A stretch of 63,238 nucleotides of DNA, filler included, from Octopus bimaculoides (taxonomy: Eukaryota): NCBI RefSeq assembly GCF_001194135.2. It is 5 parts of 3 records of this genome, joined end to end, with 100 filler letters (N's around TTAATTAATTAA, not from the genome) between each part and the next. Parts side by side here need not be neighbours in the genome. Positions count along the whole stretch, not along the records: positions 31,670 to 61,401 come from NC_068989.1; 4 more parts are not named here. One strand, 5' to 3'. Of this stretch, positions 42,240 through 54,455 are shown piece after piece (the first letter of the stretch is position 1; each line of letters begins with the position of its first letter). A program made the translations under genes and the position numbers. The notes under the pieces were generated by a model. It saw only the letters and a program-made list of their open reading frames with translations. It searched no databases and was not told where the DNA came from.

Positions 42240-42433
42240 CTGCAATAGAAATCTTGGAAAATATCAATGCACTGGGCATTATTTGAACACGTACTAGGTT
42301 GGCACATGCTGTCTATGTTTTCACAACGCTTGCCAGTCCAAGCAGCGGAACAGTTGCAGCTAAAGTCATTTTCTAAATCCGTACAGTTGGCACCGTGCAA
42401 ACAAGGATTACTGGCACAGTCATCTATGTTGTT
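42240..42433 (-). CDS. Exon 8: cbEGF plus EGF, NNIDDCASNPCLHGANCTDLENDFSCNCSAAWTGKRCENIDSMCQPSTCSNNAQCIDIFQDFYCR
   Basis: Acceptor ttcttccacag, donor GTACTA; 194 nt, phase 0 to 2. Confidence 0.95.
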
Positions 42434-42601
42434 CTGTGGAAGAAATATCAAAAATATATTAAAAATATATATAATTTCCCCGATTACGTAGGTTTTGATT
42501 CAGGTAACGTCAATGTTGTATTCAAACGAAATAATACCCGAAGAAAATTGATGTATAGTATCGCACCATGTATATATAGGAAGTGTATATTGTACATACG
42601 T

Positions 42602-42991
42602 GGAGGCGCAATGGCCCAGTGGTTAGGGCAGAGGACTCGCGGTCATAAGATCGCGGTTTCGATTCCCAGACTGGGCGTTGTGAGTGTTTATTGAGCGAAA
42701 ACACCTAAAGCTCCACGAGGCTCCGGCAGGGGATGGTGGCGAACCCTGCTGTACTCTTTCACCTCGACTTTTTCTCACTCTTACTTCATGTTTCTGTTGT
42801 GGCTGTAATTCAAAGGGCCAGCCTTGTCACACTGTGTCACGCTGAATATCCCCGAGAACTACGTTAAGAGTACACGTGTCCGTGGAGTGCTCAGCCACTT
42901 GCACGTTAATTTCACGAGCAGGCTGTTCCGTTGATCGGATCAACTGGAACCCTCGACGTCGTAAGCGACGGAGTGCCAACAACAACAACAA
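42602..42991 (+). mobile_element. tRNA-derived SINE family A, full-length copy
   Basis: Same head, body and (AAC)n tail as the 33631 and 47057 copies. Confidence 0.88.
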
Positions 42992-43009
42992 TATTGTACA
43001 TACATACAT

Positions 43010-43640
43010 AATCAACAAAAGAGACAGTGAACCCCTTCGAATTTCAAGAGGCAACCTTAAATGTAGATTATGTCATATTTCTGTGGAAGACCTCACACAT
43101 TTGATTAACAGCTGCTCAAAAATATCATCAAGGTGCTATCTCCCTATGCGACATGACGTTGTCGCAAGAACAATATACAATGCCATTCAGGAAAAAAGAT
43201 TGACCTGGAATAAATATAGAGAATCCCCTGTTATTGAATACGTACGCAGATACCAACACAAGGAATACTGGTAGAACCTTCCTATCAAAACATCTGTCAA
43301 GTGTGAGCACAAGCACAACAGAGCGGATATTGTTGTTTGGGACAGACAAGAGAATGGATGGCCCGTCGTAGGGGTCAGCTGTCCTGCTGATGCGAATATC
43401 TTTTTGAAAATCGAAGAGAAAGAAGATAACTATGGAAAACTGCTCCGAAACCTCCAGCTCCCGGATTACAAATTTACATTTATACTAAGAATAACTGGAG
43501 AACTTGGTTTTGTAAATAAATGCCTGACAGTCTGGATTGGTTTGGATAAAAAAAAAAAAAATCAACCGGCTAATTCGCTCATTATAAATACAACCGGTAA
43601 GCAGAACAGTAACACTATGGTAGACATTTTAAAGGTTTAA
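43010..43640 (+). mobile_element. REL-type non-LTR retrotransposon fragment (CCHC knuckle plus PD-(D/E)xK nuclease)
   Basis: KCRLCHISVEDLTHLINSC, RHDVVARTIY, HNRADIVVWD, VSCPADANI, EKEDNYGKLLRNLQL. Confidence 0.85.
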
Positions 43641-43791
43641 AATGTGACCGTTTTCGTTATCTACATTCCAAAGATGGAGTTTTGTAGCTTTGCTCGAAAC
43701 CAGCGCCTTCTTCAAAGGAAGAATTTTAAAGGATTAAATACAGTAAAGATAGATATACACCCAAAAATCTACGTACGTATATGCAAATATA

Positions 43792-43823
<32 letters not shown>

Positions 43824-44429
43824 CGGGGGCGCGCGTACACACATATTCTTTTATTCTTTTACTTGCTTGAGTTATCTGACTGCGGCGACCAAGCTGGGGC
43901 ACCGCCTTTAGTCGAAAAAAAATCGACCTCAGGACTTGTAAGCCTAGTACTTATTCTACTGATCTCTTTGGCCGAACTGCTAAGTTACAGGGACAAGCGA
44001 TAGTGGGGGAACAAGCACAAACACAAACACATACACACATATATATATATGTTTAATTCTCTATATTGAATACTCAATATTTCATATATTCAATAAGACA
44101 TTCAATATTTCATTTCATTTTACCATTTATTTTTATATTATATATTCCATATTCTATATCCCACATTAATTTTACAAGAATATAAATAAAACATAAAAAA
44201 ACTGACAGAGTTGGAACTCTTTTAAATAAAATAATATATATATATATATATATACACATACGACGAGCTTCTTCCAGTTTCCATCTACCAATTCCACTCA
44301 CAAGGCTTTGGCCGGTCCGAGGCTTTAATAGAAGACACTTGCCCACGATGCAACGCAGTGGAATTGAACCCGGAATCATGTGGTTGTGAAGCAGCATATA
44401 CTTATGTATTCATGCGCAGGCACATATAT

Positions 44430-44478
<49 letters not shown>

Positions 44479-44769
44479 TATGATATATATAAACCACAAA
44501 TCTAGTTAAAATAGCTACCCGGTGTGTCCTGGTTGAAATAATAATTTATTTCGACATTTTTCAAGTTGAGAACAAGATCGTTTATCAGTTATCGCTTGAA
44601 CTGATATGGTTTAAACAAGAGACGCCGGTAAGGAATAAAAATAAGAAGGAAAAAACAAGGGACATAATCAGCGTTACAATAATTCGAATGTCAAGCAGAC
44701 GTTGACAAGGTGTTAATGGTTTACTAAGTGTCTAGTGATCTACTTTTGAATTCCGACAAGATGTATTTC

Positions 44770-45120
44770 TTGTAATGCGGACATACAGAAAAAATCTCGT
44801 TCCTGGAATGTATGTATTTGTTTGACGTTCCTTAAGAGATATTGTTTTTCAAGAGAACATACTGAATATTCTTTTTTGATTCATTAATATAAGGTCTGGT
44901 TTTGGAGAAGATTTACCATTTGATATTGAAATTGGTGCCTTCGTCTTTAAGTTTCTAGATTAAAACTGAAAGGGTCGTTGAATGTCTCTTATCACAGGGG
45001 ATTTAAATTTTCCTTCTATGGCTCCGATAAAAAGTTTGAGCTCTGTACGACCATCGTCGTAGTTCGATGAAACCTGTCCTCTAGCACAAAAGTGCGATAT
45101 ATCTTCCGGTGTTTATGAAG
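44770..45120 (-). mobile_element. Degenerate Penelope-like GIY-YIG fragment
   Basis: Minus-strand translation across frameshifts: KLFIGAIEGKFK ... LKDEGTNFNIKW*IFSKTRPY ... CSLEKQYL. Confidence 0.7.
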
Positions 45121-45386
45121 CACCAGCTCATTCTTAGTCTACTCTAACGATTTTCTCTGGTTGGATTGAAGAATGAATCTTGCGATACTTTTCTGCGACA
45201 TTCTAATAACATGTCCGTGGTACTAGAATTGTGAACTCTCAATATAGATAAGTCGTAGCTCGACCTAGAGAGACACTCTGAACTCTCAACCACGCACTGT
45301 ATGGAATAATGCTACTTCAGAAGAATCCCATTTCGGTCGCCTGTATTCCTGACTGTACTATTAGATTATTTGAAAATAATACTTAC

Positions 45387-45517
45387 ATTGCACATTTCCC
45401 CTTTATAGCCTGGCTTACAGATACATTCGTAATCTTCTACGAGATCCTTGCATTGCATTGTACCTGTTGCATTGCATGTTGCATTGACACAGTCATTTAT
45501 ATTTGTGCAATTCTTGC
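45387..45517 (-). CDS. Exon 7: cbEGF, GKNCTNINDCVNATCNATGTMQCKDLVEDYECICKPGYKGEMCN
   Basis: Acceptor tttctcattttag, donor GTAAGT; 131 nt, phase 1 to 0, bridging exons 6 and 8 exactly. Confidence 0.94.
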
Positions 45518-45627
45518 CTAAAATGAGAAATTCAGAGACAAAGATTATATCGGAACTATGTTTCGATCAGTTATACCGTCGGTTGTCTTTTGTTTCGATA
45601 TGTATAAAAAAAGGAAGGATGACAACA

Positions 45628-45695
<68 letters not shown>

Positions 45696-46039
45696 GCATA
45701 CTCAAACACAATACGTACACACACATATATGTTGAAAACACGACTATATGTTTTTGTGTTTATCTACGAAGTGACTTCGTAGAAGATTACATTTATTTCT
45801 ACTCTTTCTTTAGGCAAAAAGATTCCTAAACTTTAAATCCAATGTGGGACTATATGCGTATTAAAGTATAAAACACCTGATGATTCGCAGTGACAAAACC
45901 GATCGAAATGCATTTTATATAAAAAAACGTAAATATATTACAAAATCCATTTTACTGGGCTAGATGGCTTATCACACTAGTATGTTGTAAAATAACATTC
46001 TAAAATAAGAGTTTAATAGTTCAAGGAAATTATGATCTT

Positions 46040-46523
46040 AATAATCCTTTCTACTGTAGGCACAAGGGCTGAAACTTTGTCGTAGGTGCTAAGTCAATTA
46101 AATGGACCCCAATATTCAGTTAGTACTTATTCTATCGACTCCAAAAGGATGAAAGGCAAAGTCGACCTCGGCGGAATTTGAAATTAGAACGTGAATGCCG
46201 GTGAAATACCGCTGAGTATTTTGCCCTGCGTGCTAACGATTCAGCCGGCACGCCGCCTTGATAATAATAATAACAATAATAATAATAATAATAATTATCC
46301 TTTCTACTAAAGTTACAAGACCTAAAAATTAGTGGGGCAGGGGTAAGTCGATTACATTGACCCTAGTGTTCCACTGGTACTTAATTTATAGACAGCGAAA
46401 GGATGGAAGACAAAGTCGTCCACGGTAGCATTTGAACTCAGAATGTAAAGACGGACGAAATGCCGCTAAGCATTTTGCTCGGCATGCTAACGAATCTGCC
46501 AGCCCACTGCTTTTGTAGTAGTA

Positions 46524-46569
<46 letters not shown>

Positions 46570-46765
46570 TCATAGTGATTTCAAATTTTTCCACAAGGTC
46601 AGCAATTTTGGGGGAGGGAGATAGTCGATTAAATCGACCCCAGCACTTGACTGGTACTTAATTTATCATTCCCGAAAGGATGAAAGGCAAAGTCGACCTC
46701 GGCAGAATTTGAACTCAGAACGTAGCGGCAGACGATATACCGCTAAGCATTTCGTTCAGCGCAAA
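46040..46765 (-). mobile_element. Three tandem SINE family B copies separated by (AAT)n
   Basis: The block aaaggatgaaaggcaaagtcgacctcggcggaatttgaactcag occurs three times with variations. Confidence 0.8.
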
Positions 46766-47056
46766 CCTTGATCTGTGACCGTGAGATGAAACTAAAACAA
46801 TTACAGCATAGAAGATTCATTTTATCCATTTGAAAACACACGGAAAGAGTTAGCAATTAACAGTGATTACGCAGTGTTAAAGTATTCGTTGCCTTGTCTG
46901 GATGTGGTCATTTACATAGTTACACTCCAACACCGATATTTTTATATTTTAAAGAAATTTTGTGAAAAAACAAAACAAAACAACAAAACAAAAATCCCAA
47001 AAAAAATCCAATACAAATCATCCTTCTCTTTTTCTGCCGTCTGTATGCAGAATAGT

Positions 47057-47446
47057 GGCGGCGCAATGGCCCAGTGGTTAGGGCAGCGGACTCGCGGTCA
47101 TAGGATTGCGGTTTCGATTCCCAGACTGGGCGTTGTGAGTGTTTATTGAGCGAAAACACCTAAAGCTCAACGAGGCTCCGGCAGGGGATGGTGGCGAACC
47201 CTGCTGTACTCTTTCATCACAACTTTTTCTCACTCTTACTTCCTGTTTCTGTTGTGGCTGTAATTCAAAGGGTCAGCCTTGTCACACTGTGTCACGCTGA
47301 ATATCCGCGAGAACTACGTTAAGGGTACACGTGTCTGTGGAGTGCTCAGCCACTTGCACATTAATTTCACGAGCAGGCTGTTCCGTTGATCGGATCAACT
47401 GGAACCCTCGACGTCGTAAGCGACGGAGGGCTAACAACAACAACAA
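47057..47446 (+). mobile_element. tRNA-derived SINE family A, full-length copy
   Basis: Same head, body and (AAC)n tail. Confidence 0.88.
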
Positions 47447-47573
47447 TGCAAAATAAGATTTTAAAAAAGGAAATCATATTGCATCTCCTATGAAGAGTGA
47501 ATGTATTGCTTGAAATAAAATGAATTAATATAGAAAAGAATTTTGTAAGCTTGAGGACTAAGGGTGAAATTAC

Positions 47574-47792
47574 CTTCGTATCCTGAGAAACAATTACACT
47601 GATAATCATTAATAAGGTTTGTGCAAGTGCCACCTTCACAAGGGTTTGGCTCGCAGTTATCATCAATCTTTTGGCAGAACTCTCCACTGTAACCATTGGT
47701 GCATGTGCACATATTTGAGTTGCACGTGCCACCATTGTAGCACTGTATTCCATCGCATGTTGTCTTGTTAAAACATTGTCTTTGGTCCATTA
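47574..47792 (-). CDS. Exon 6: last Cys of the interrupted EGF plus two EGFs, VMDQRQCFNKTTCDGIQCYNGGTCNSNMCTCTNGYSGEFCQKIDDNCEPNPCEGGTCTNLINDYQCNCFSGYE
   Basis: Acceptor tattttccag, donor GTAATT; 219 nt, phase 1 to 1. Confidence 0.95.
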
Positions 47793-48097
47793 CTGGAAAA
47801 TAAATACATTAAATAGTTGAGTAGAACATTTAAAAAAGAAAAATTATTTCACTGATTTGCGCATTACAGTCTTTGGACTGTGCAGCATTTTTGGCCAAAA
47901 ACTCGAACGGTGTTTAGTTGATGAAATCTGCCACTGTAATTATTTTAAACCTGGCATCTGTTCAATTGATCCTTTTTTGCCGAACCACTAGGCGACAGGG
48001 ACGCAGTCAAGCCAACTTTGATTGTCAAACGGCGTGACAAACACAGAGATACGTGCACATGTTTACACATATACAAACGTAAATATTCACACACACG

Positions 48098-48130
<33 letters not shown>

Positions 48131-48689
48131 TCACACACACACGCACACGCACACGCACACACACACACGCGCGTAACTACGTAAGAAACCTGTCATTTAT
48201 ACGCAAGTACAAACAATACATACACATATTTTTATATATCTACAAGCATCTTACATTGTTTCCCTAACAAATACACTCACAAATCATTGGGTGACCCAGT
48301 ATTATAATAGACGACGCTTTCCCAAGGTGACGCTCAGTGGGACTGAACCAGAAACTACCTGGTTGCCACGCACACTTCTTGACTACACAACTAGGCCTGA
48401 AAGTTTACTCTCAGTAAATCTTATTTTGTCTTAACCATTTCCTGTCCATCCTATCTTATTCTTAGAGAGAAACATTGTAAAATCCAGATACGTTGTTGTT
48501 GTTTAGCCCCAGGTTGGCCCTGGCACGAAACACCTTAACCTGATCTGGAATTGAGAAATGGATAAGTAGAAATGGTGTTGTACCTTAATATAAATAACAT
48601 AATTGAGTTCCGAGAAGTTTTCTGACGCATATTGTATGAAAGTGGTTCAGCTTCCTGGCATGACGCTGGTAGACCGTCCAGGACTCGCA

Positions 48690-49035
48690 GCCGTAAAGCA
48701 GCGTTGTGAGAACAACAGCCCAGTACACCTCGATCTTTGTAATGATGGTGATTCCCCTCCTGTTTCAGACAGAGAAAGGTGGCGATCAGCTGTTCACAAG
48801 GGTGCCAACACATGCGAGACCAATAGGATCGCTGCTCGAGAAGACAGCAGACAAACCAGGAAGAACAGAGCTAACAACCCTGTAGCAGGCGCTACCATTC
48901 CCTGTCCACACTGTAAAAAGACTCTTTCGGGCGCAGATTGGCCTCACTAGCCATCTGCAGAGTCACAAAAATAAAGCCCACCCCACCCCACCCCAGGATG
49001 ACTAGATGGTCTTCGTCGCATCGACAGACAAACTA
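48690..49035 (+). mobile_element. RTE-clade LINE 3' end
   Basis: DRERWRSAVHKG..CETNRIAA..RQTRK..TIPCPHCKKT followed by GLTSHL in a shifted frame, then a short 3' UTR. Confidence 0.8.
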
Positions 49036-49805
49036 CAAAAATTGAGTTCCACTGTGACAAGACTTATGCAAAGCTGTATCATTATAGCGGAAACGAAAGC
49101 CTTTCGGTATATGCAATTACTGATATTCCATAAAAAAAAATATAGATATAGAGTGAACTTTGTTACATAGTATACAAGGGAACTGAATGCACAAAAGAAC
49201 ACATATTGAGAGCAATGTAGGTTCGAACGAGATAAAACGAAAATAGTTCAATAAAATTAAGGTTCAGCATTTCATCTTTTCGGGATCGAGAAAACAAGTA
49301 CCATTTGAGTACTGGGAGTCAATGTAATCGATTTACCCTTTCTCCGAAATTGCTGTCCTTGTGCCAAAATTTGAAATCAATATTCGAAAACAATATGTAC
49401 GAAAAGATTTGATCCAGCAGAGTAGTTAACATGCCGGACAAAATGCCTCATGGTATTTTTTCCGCTCTGAGTTCACATACCACCGAGGTTAACTTTCTCT
49501 TCCATCTCTTCGGAGATGATAAAACAACGTACCAGTCAAATATTGGGATCGATCTAATCATCTTGTCTTTTCTCCTCAAAATCTGCGGACAATAAACCCT
49601 ACAACGGACTGGCATCCCTTTCAGAGGAATGCTGTGACATTGGTCACTTATACTCTATGGAAATCGGGTTATCGGCTTCATGACATCTGGGGTTCATGAA
49701 AAAGAAAATGTGCCGTGCTTTTGCTAATTGTTTTCGCTAATAATGCAGCCACGTGTAGATATGGATACCGTCTCGGTTTCCTCGTCCTTGAGCTAACGGA
49801 ACATC

Positions 49806-49873
49806 CATGATGTGAAAGAGGGCTGCATCATGATGTGAAAGAGGGCTGCATCATGATGTGAAAGAGGGCTGCA
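49806..49873. repeat. 23-bp minisatellite, three copies
   Basis: catgatgtgaaagagggctgcat x3, with no spacers. Confidence 0.95.
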
Positions 49874-50634
49874 CCAACCCTAGGATGGTGCTTACTACCG
49901 CCTAGCAGACTGGACCAACGTGAAATGAACTGTCTTTTGTTGAAGGACCCACATGCAGCCTGCTGTAAGGGTATTGAAATGTAAATCACTCATTTCAGTA
50001 TCCATGTTTTTACTGGTGAACTAGAATAAACGGTAAAACCCCACCTCGATCAGGAGTGACTACCTAGAAAGTTACCCTCCGAGACACAAGTCCGGGCAAG
50101 GTTGTTTAAGGAAGACTAGCAGTCGTTCATGCATATCAGCTTCCCCTCTCCACCCCACCGGTGTTATCCAAGGGAAAGGCAAAGGCTGATACAGCTTGAC
50201 ACCAGTAACGTCGCAACTCATTTCTGCAGTTGAGTGAACTGGAGCAACGTGAAATAAAGTGTCTTGCTCAAAACACTACCCGGTTCAGGAATCGAACTCA
50301 CTACCTCATGCGCCTGGGGCATTATATATCATTTCAAAGTACCTGGACTACTGGGATGTTGTAACAATTGAATAATCTGTTGACAAAATTAAAGGTGATT
50401 CGTTGTTCTTTTGAATGTAGACCATCTCAGATCAAGAAAACTGATTATCATAGACCTTACAGTTGTGATCATCAGGTTTCGTGTATCAGAGAACATAGTC
50501 ATCATTGTGGCCATGTTGTCGCTGTCTTTTTGTTGTTACTTAGATCTACGGATTATTAAAAATATTCCGACCATAGGTACTTAATTTTTTTTATTGTAAT
50601 TCACATTTAAGATTACACTTTCCAATACCCTTTT

Positions 50635-51018
50635 ACTCTTTTATTTGTTTCAGTCATTTGGCTGTGGCCATGTTAGAGCACCGCCTTTAGTAGAGCAAAT
50701 CGACCCCAGGACTTATTCTTTTGTAAGCCTAGTACTTATTCTATCGGTGTCTTTTTGCCGAAGCGCTGAGTTACGGGGACGTAAACACACCGGCATCACT
50801 TGTCAAGCGATGTTGGGGGGGGGGCAAACACAGACACTCATATATATATATATTATATATACGATGGGCTTCTTTCAGTTTCCGTCTACCAAATCCACTC
50901 ACAAGGCTTTGGTCGGCCCGAGGCTATAGTAGAAGACACTTGCCTAAGGTGTCACGCAGTGGGACTGAATCCGGAACCATGTGGTTCGTGAGCAAGCTAC
51001 TTACCACACAGCCACTCC
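50635..51018. mobile_element. Composite SINE locus (families C and D)
   Basis: Block ...cagtcatttggctgtggccatg...cttattctatcgg... plus tttcagtttccgtctaccaaatccactcacaagg...cacagccac; the pieces recur at about 19.0, 19.6, 25.8, 30.3-30.6, 43.9, 44.3 and 53.2 kb. Confidence 0.78.
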
Positions 51019-51169
51019 TACAATGTGTTCCTTTTTTGTTAAAGACAGCAGGGAATGATTTGAAGGAGATTTATAGTGAGGAATCCCTGGGAGTTCTTAT
51101 ATTCAGAAAAAAAATCCCAAACAAATTCCACATTATAGTAAAAATTAACAAATTATACAAATGGTATAC

Positions 51170-51365
51170 CTTTGTTGACGTGACACTGGAAACGTAGCTG
51201 ATACGGTGGGCAACTTGGATTACAGCTTTTATTATTTATTATGCAAGCATCACTCAGGTTAAACGACATCCCAAATTGCTGTTGCCAAAGAAAGGGAGCT
51301 CTGTCAACACGTGATCGGCACTGAGTCAGCAAAGGAACCTTTCCATTGCAAACATCGACGCCAAC
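51170..51365 (-). CDS. Exon 5: C-terminal part of WxxW domain, VGVDVCNGKVPLLTQCRSRVDRAPFLWQQQFGMSFNLSDACIINNKSCNPSCPPYQLRFQCHVNK
   Basis: Acceptor ttctatctttag, donor GTATAC; 196 nt, phase 0 to 1, stop-free; six Cys; ends C-x2-Y-x-L-R-F-x-C like mucin WxxW repeats. Not in the ORF track. Confidence 0.85.
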
Positions 51366-51882
51366 CTAAAGATAGAATAAAATTGTGTAGTATTCTACAT
51401 ATTAGATGAAAATAAAAAAAAGAAATAAGTTAAATAAAAGTAGTAGTTTTATTATTAATTATGACTTATTTAACATTATCGCCTATTAAAGAGAGGCACG
51501 AGCTCGCGGAATTGTTATGGTTCCGAACAAAACTGCTTAGCGACATTTCCTCTAGCTCTTTACGTTCTGAGTTCAAATTCCACCGTGGTCGATTTGCCTT
51601 GCATTTTTTTCGGGGTCGTTAAAATAAGTACTGGAGGTGGGGTTGATGCAATCGACTATCTCCCTCCCAACAAAATTTCAATCCTTGTGCATACAGCAGA
51701 AATAATCGTCTGTGTTTTAAGAGAATTATCGAGGCGGGTATCCTGTCCTTTTTTTTTCACATCACAAAGAATTAAGATTAACTTAAAAGACGTACATTCA
51801 AATATTCAGAGCAAATGAATTCTTTCAAAGAACGCTCTAGCAACATTTACAATGCTATTGATACTGAGCTTATTGATATCTA

Positions 51883-52102
51883 CAAGGGGGTGCTGAAAAG
51901 TTCCTGGCTTTAAGGGTGTCACGAAAAGCCTGGCTGGAGGCCCAACTTTCCGAGTGCTTTTACAGGACTTGGAAAAACTGAAGGATAGCTACAAAAAAGT
52001 GTGTAAATCTGAGAGGGACATATACGTTGAATAAAATCATAATTAATTGATCCTCCTGTATTTTCTTTTATCTAAAGCCAGGAATTTTTCAGCACACCCA
52101 TG
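51883..52102. mobile_element. Mariner-like MITE (220 bp)
   Basis: TA|CAAGGGGGTGCTGAAAAGTTCCTGGCTTTA ... TAAAGCCAGGAATTTTTCAGCACACCCATG|TA. Confidence 0.85.
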
Positions 52103-52278
52103 TATAATAAATCGATTAATGAAGAATGCAAGCAACAAATGAATATTATGAATATGATGTAATTCCTTTCAGATTACATTTACTAAAACATCTGGCACGT
52201 ATTCCCAAAGTCTAGATAAAATTACTCACACACACAAACATACACATATATTTGAGTGAATTGTTGCGGAGACACAAC

Positions 52279-52846
52279 GGATCTTTTTTAAAACGGGGGC
52301 CACATTTTTCATTAACGAAACACTTTGAAACTTGGAACACTGGTAGAATGTGTCATATAAAACATCTTTTTCTCTTAGTCTTCTTAAAAAAAAAAGAAAT
52401 CCATAAGTTATTCCATGTTAAAGTTGTCGTATTTCTGTAATTTCAACCAATCACTGACGTCCATTCAGCCGATATACATTAAGTGCCGACTACATAAACA
52501 AACGATTCTGAAACAATTAACCCTAACCCTAGGGTTAGGGTTAGGGTTAGGGTTAAAGCAAATTTAAAATGAAAAAAGCAAATAAAACGAAGGTATTGAG
52601 ATTAAATACGCTTTACACCGCTTAATCAGCCAAAGGAGTAAATATAAACAACTGAATACTTGTCAGTGATTGGTTGAAATTATCGAAATAAGACAATTTT
52701 TTACATGAAATAAATTCGAATACAAAAATATTCTTCTGTTCTATAACACAAAATAGATAAGTATACGAAGTTTGAAAGTCTTTCCGTACCAAAAACACTA
52801 CGTAAAACATTAATGAAAAATGTGGCCCCCGTTTTAAAATAGATCC
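52279..52846. mobile_element. Foldback MITE with long inverted arms, 8-bp TSD and a central telomere-repeat hairpin
   Basis: GACACAAC direct repeat at 52271-52278 and 52847-52854; TIRs begin GGATC; a second inverted pair lies at about 52405-52458 and 52662-52716. Confidence 0.85.
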
Positions 52847-53562
52847 GACACAACTAAAGTCATCTTCATTGCCATCATTGTTGTCATTTTAACATTCAGA
52901 TTTTTCATACTCACAGGGGTCGAACCGAATTTGTTGAGGCAGATTTTCTATGATCGGATACACTTCCTGTCGTTAACTTTCACACATTTCCAAGTTAGGT
53001 AATATTTCCCCATGACCAGTAGCGTTTTTCACCGACGATTGGAAAGAATGGACACCACTTGTATGTAGTGACACTCGCTTACAACTATCATATTATCATG
53101 TGTCTCAAAACAAGGAGACACTTACAAATACGAATACACACGCGTGTGTGTGTATCTATACGCTGGCCTTATTTCAGTTTTCGTTCACCAAATCCACTCA
53201 CAGTGTTTTCTCGGTCCGGGTTTACAGGAGATACATGTCAAAGGTGTTATGCGATGGGACTGAATCTGAAACCATGTGGTTGGGAAGCGAGCTTCTTAAT
53301 TACACAGTGGCATTCGCACCAGATAAAATGCATATCGTGCTTTGTACTAAACATTCATTCGTTACTGAAATTCTCACACAAATTTAACAAACAAGTTCAT
53401 CTCAAATAATGCTACGAAAAAACAAATGCACTTCACTCAGAAGAAATAAGTATGTACGCTAAGTTAGTTTTGTTTTTTAATCTTCTGGGTTACTTTTTTT
53501 TTTTTGTAAAAATGAAATAAAAGAAATTTATAATTTTGTTTTGGTTGAAACTTGAAACTTAC

Positions 53563-53636
53563 ATCACGCAAAGTCTTTACTGCATCTTCTGGTATTCTAG
53601 ATCCGTTTACAGTAAACCACGGACTCCAATAATTCT
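53563..53636 (-). CDS. Exon 4: N-terminal part of WxxW domain, ENYWSPWFTVNGSRIPEDAVKTLRD
   Basis: Acceptor taattgtttcag, donor GTAAGT; 74 nt, phase 1 to 0; W-S-P-W-F motif. Not in the ORF track. Confidence 0.85.
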
Positions 53637-54279
53637 CTGAAACAATTAATCAGAATAACTTGAACGTTTGACAGGAATATATTCTTAGATAGTAAACAAT
53701 TTTCATTAGCTATAACAATGTTATTTTTGATTTGGGAGATATAATAACAGTCAATTCAAATGAAACCTTGAATATTATTATTCCTAATTCCACTGAAACT
53801 CCGTTTGAGATTGCGGCTAGGATATTCGACTGCGTATTGTGCACTTTTTCTCACAGTTCCCCTTTCAGTTCTACACGAAAACTTCCTTCTCTATTGTTTT
53901 CTATGAAATCCTCCAGTCAATAGTATCCTATACAACAGCTCGAAAATTCAGTCGAAACATTATAGTTAAGTTACGAACCAGAAAACTATGATTTTATAAT
54001 AATGCATATCCCTGAGTAAATCTGTTAATTCTTGTTCCATTGAAACCCCACTTAGGGCCAGCGCCAAAACATTAACCTTTCTCTCAGTTCTACAGTGTGC
54101 ACTTCCCAACCAGTCATACCGTGGGAGATTCTTTCATTTTTTAAAATTCTATAACATCTTCTAGTCAACATCTCCATTGCTGCAACTCGAACAATGCTGG
54201 AAATATTACACATCAGGTCGTAAACAAGTCCTAACATTACACCTACCTTCTTTCTTCCGAGAATGACCTCACTGTCTTT

Positions 54280-54455
54280 ATTATTGTCATCTCTTTTTCT
54301 CACAGGTTTTGTTGGAGTTCATGGAGTCTTACCTGCGTAGCGGGCTTGCTACCTGCAGCCTACGGTATCATACTATTTATTCTTTCCGCTATCTAATACT
54401 TTCCTGATTATTCTGGCCGTGCTACATGGAATTAATCGTTTAGTCCCTTCTTGCG
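54280..54455 (-). mobile_element. Short 3' end of a REL retrotransposon next to (AAT)n
   Basis: 'STARIIRKVLDS' matches the 'LGTAxILRKxL' terminus of the other copies. Confidence 0.55.

Noticed and set aside
49806-49873. Possible CRISPR-like repeat
   Set aside because: No spacers, no cas genes, eukaryotic context.
50461-50545. Exon-like segment (ccgtag|...|GTAAGG) between the WxxW and EGF exons
   Set aside because: Stops in all three frames from that acceptor, and 85 nt would break the phase.
52517-52556. Ancient telomere-telomere fusion site
   Set aside because: The orientation is (CCCTAA)n(TTAGGG)n, opposite to an end-to-end fusion, and it lies inside a TSD-bounded element.
53305-53365. 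Acceptor followed by TNECLVQSTIC
   Set aside because: Wrong phase after exon 4 and no credible donor before the stop.
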